Made by a program: the position numbers and the translations under genes. A DNA stretch of 54,222 nt, filler included, from Bipalium vagum (lineage: Eukaryota), in the NCBI GenBank assembly GCA_037834085.1. It is 3 parts of 3 records of this genome, joined end to end, with 100 filler letters (N's around TTAATTAATTAA, not from the genome) between each part and the next. Parts side by side here need not be neighbours in the genome. Positions count along the whole stretch, not along the records: positions 38,376 to 54,222 come from JBBMKC010142534.1; 2 more parts are not named here. One strand, given 5' to 3'. This document shows positions 51,729 through 54,222 of this stretch, in pieces; within the stretch, counting starts at the first letter, position 1, and every line of letters starts with the position of its first letter. Below the pieces are notes generated by a model. That model had not been told where the DNA came from. It worked only from the letters and a program-made list of their open reading frames with translations, and searched no databases.

Positions 51729-52899
51729 TCTATTTTACTGATCCATCAATACAAATTGATTTTTAATTGGTTTTCCAGTGACAATCAGTGCTTAACTGAA
51801 ATACAAGAGTTTTGTTTTAAACAATATTTTCACAATGATCATTTACAGAAATGTTACATGTCAACCATGGGGAACAATTAAGATAAAATTTATTCATCAT
51901 TAGAAGCCAACTGATCCGTGAACGGAATTAGGGTGATAATTAATATTTTTTGAGGTTGGCTTTTAGTAAAAATTTGATAAAAATTATTCAGCAAGATGAT
52001 CGAATTTTTTATATTTTTCGTCTTGAATTATTTGATAATATTTTTTGAATTAAAGAAAAATATTTTCATTTAAAATTTATTTTCCAGTTACAAATATTAT
52101 TTTTTTTGTAGATTATTTATTTTTTGTCAGTACATACTTTTTAGCAGCTCTACAAATTTTATATTAATAATGAAATATGTTTCACTAGATTATGTGTTTA
52201 AAGCCGAGGAAAAATATTTTTAAAATAAATAATTATATTTTTACAATTAATTATATATTATATATAATAATATATGGGTAGAGAGAGAATATTTTTAAAC
52301 ATTGTTATGATGCTTGTTTATTAATGTCATACCACGATTTGGTGATAAAAAGAATAAAATAATTACAGAGAAAAACCTGAAGAAAGATCTTTTTTTCTTC
52401 TTCAACCCAGGTCTTCTTTGAGGATTTTTCTCTCTAAGCTCTCAATGATTTAATATTTTTGAATTAATAATTAATTTAAATTCTCACTGATTATGGGTAA
52501 CAATATGGATTTGAAAGGGAAAAGATTTTATACTTTGTTTTTATAACTTTCCATAATTGATTTTTTGGCGTATTTTATACACATAATTTTTATACATATA
52601 CTTTTTTTGTTCTATTATATAAGTCGCGGTATTTTTTTTCTTCAGTCACCTTACATAGACCTAAAATAAATATCATTAAAAATCATCCTGAACTGGAGTT
52701 ATTTCAATGTACAAAGATGTATATGAGAAGCTCTCCATTGAGCAGACGTGCAAACGTTTGCATAATAATTCCGAACTTCATTTAGTGAACCGAACAACCT
52801 TTAATGATTAAAAAAATCCTCACATAACAGTATATTATTCATGGTTTCATGGTCTTATTGGGTGTTAATGTTTATGGTTTGATTTTAACTTATTACGGA

Positions 52900-53165
52900 A
52901 AATGTGAGGGGTCCAGATCATTTCGATTTCGAAACAAAATAAAAAATTCACAGATTTTCAATCTTTCGGGTTCAAAAGAACAGAAATTGGTGTTAAAACT
53001 TGTAATCTGACTCCCGACTTTGTGTAAAGAGTAATAGACAAGTTGAAAAATAGGAATAGAAAGGAAAATGGAAGTCAATTAAAAATTGAATGTGATTTGA
53101 ATATTTCTTTATCGACTATTCAAGGGAACATGAAAAGCAATGGATTGAGGTATAAAAATATTTTA
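52900..53165 (+). mobile_element. Tc1/Tc3-like N-terminal remnant
   Basis: SQLKIECDLNISLSTIQGNMKSNGLRYK resembles the second HTH of Tc3-like transposases. Confidence 0.4.
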
Positions 53166-53359
53166 TTTACTGTACATAATAAATACTGCATGGGAAACAT
53201 GATATTTGCGGATTTCAAAACTACTTCTATCATGCAGGCATAATACTTGTATAATACTAAATTATGTCCTGTTTGAAAAATTATGACAATCAGTATATCT
53301 GATAATCAGTTTCGCCTTTTTAATAGAAATTCAAATTTAGAAACAAAAAGTTATTTAAC

Positions 53360-53900
53360 CAATAAAATAGTCACCATCATTTTCAAAAAATGTCTCCCAT
53401 CTTACAACAGGCTTTTCTATGCTATCTTTGTAAAAAATTTTTGACCTCGACTTGAAATAACCCTTTAGTACCATTTTGATATCATCAAGGTAACTAATTT
53501 TTCACTAAATATTTTGGAGTGAACCAAATAATTGGTAATCAGATGGCGCGTAATCAGGGGAGTAAGGAGGATGCGGTAGAACTACCCACTGAAGTTCTCT
53601 GATTTTTTCCTGGGTCTTGTTTGCTGCAAGAGGTTAAGCGTTATCGTGTTGAATTTTAACACCTCTTCTATTTTACGAATTGCTTCACTTAAACACACCA
53701 ACTGATCACAGTAAACATCTGCGGTAGTCATTTCGCCATGTTTGAGAAATTCGTAATGAACAATCCATTGATGTTCCACCAAATAGACAGTAAAACCTTT
53801 TTGCATGAATATTTGGTTTGATGACTGATAAAGTTTTTCGGTAAAAATTATTTTTGACATGGTTTTGGTCAATGATCCGTGTTCGTCAAGATGCTTCTCG
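53360..53900 (-). mobile_element. Mariner (DD34D) catalytic-domain pseudogene fragment
   Basis: IVHYEFLKHGEMTTADVYCDQL, FQHDNA and HPPYSPDYAPSDY occur across frameshifts. Confidence 0.9.
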
Positions 53901-54149
53901 TGTACCAATTCATTAAAAGTATTCCTAGTTTTTTAAAACTATTTTAGATTCATAAGAATTACATATATATAAAAAATTTATATTTCATTTTAAAGATAAT
54001 AATATAAAATCACATAAAAGCAGAAATTAACTAATAACCCAGCAGCTTCAGAAATTTCGTTGATTTTTGCGTCTCGCATTTAATTATAATTTAATTATTA
54101 TCTTCTTGATTTAATAGTCTTAAAAATTGTCAAATAATTCTGGTTACTG

Positions 54150-54150
54150 A

Positions 54151-54222
<72 letters not shown>
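54150..54222 (+). repeat. (ATT)n microsatellite running to the window end
   Basis: Read directly from the sequence. Confidence 0.95.

Noticed and set aside
51650-51770. Poly-His or Pro/Thr-rich peptide, and a nearby DIIDFWK hAT-like word (about 51470)
   Set aside because: The peptide arises from a (CAC/CAT)n microsatellite with short frames. The rest of the hAT dimerisation motif is not recognisable.
1-54222. CRISPR arrays, tRNA, rRNA, spliced-leader RNA or prokaryotic operons
   Set aside because: No repeat-spacer array, cloverleaf or rRNA-like sequence was seen. The DNA is intron-containing and eukaryotic.

Overview
This is very AT-rich eukaryotic genomic DNA, most likely from a freshwater planarian. 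That is inferred from the FoxA protein style, 47-60 nt introns and (AAT)n tracts. Two identical artificial 100-bp linkers (N44-TTAATTAATTAA-N44) split the window into three joined contigs. I can support two host genes, both on the minus strand. The first is a complete FoxA forkhead gene with one coding exon (10888-12351) and a probable 80-nt 5'UTR intron ending right at the ATG. The second is the 5' 11 exons of a Smurf-type NEDD4-family E3 ligase (C2-WW-WW, 42315 to 38584), which I assembled by hand. Its HECT exons are not visible beyond the second gap, and it needs one GC-AG intron. The rest is mostly decayed transposons: mariner DD34D, Tc1, DD37D, DD37E, plant-type DD39D, DD41D-like, a pogo-like end, Merlin, Ty3/gypsy pieces, LINE 3' ends, and a solo LTR with an ATAT target duplication. 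The most unusual signals are: (i) a three-copy LTR-borne 16-17 bp hairpin whose five internal non-Watson-Crick positions all fall the same way by strand; (ii) a FoxA-site-rich TATA promoter with an apparently non-coding first exon pointing away from FoxA; (iii) a TIR-complete DD39D element in an animal. I cannot confirm a new biological system from sequence alone.
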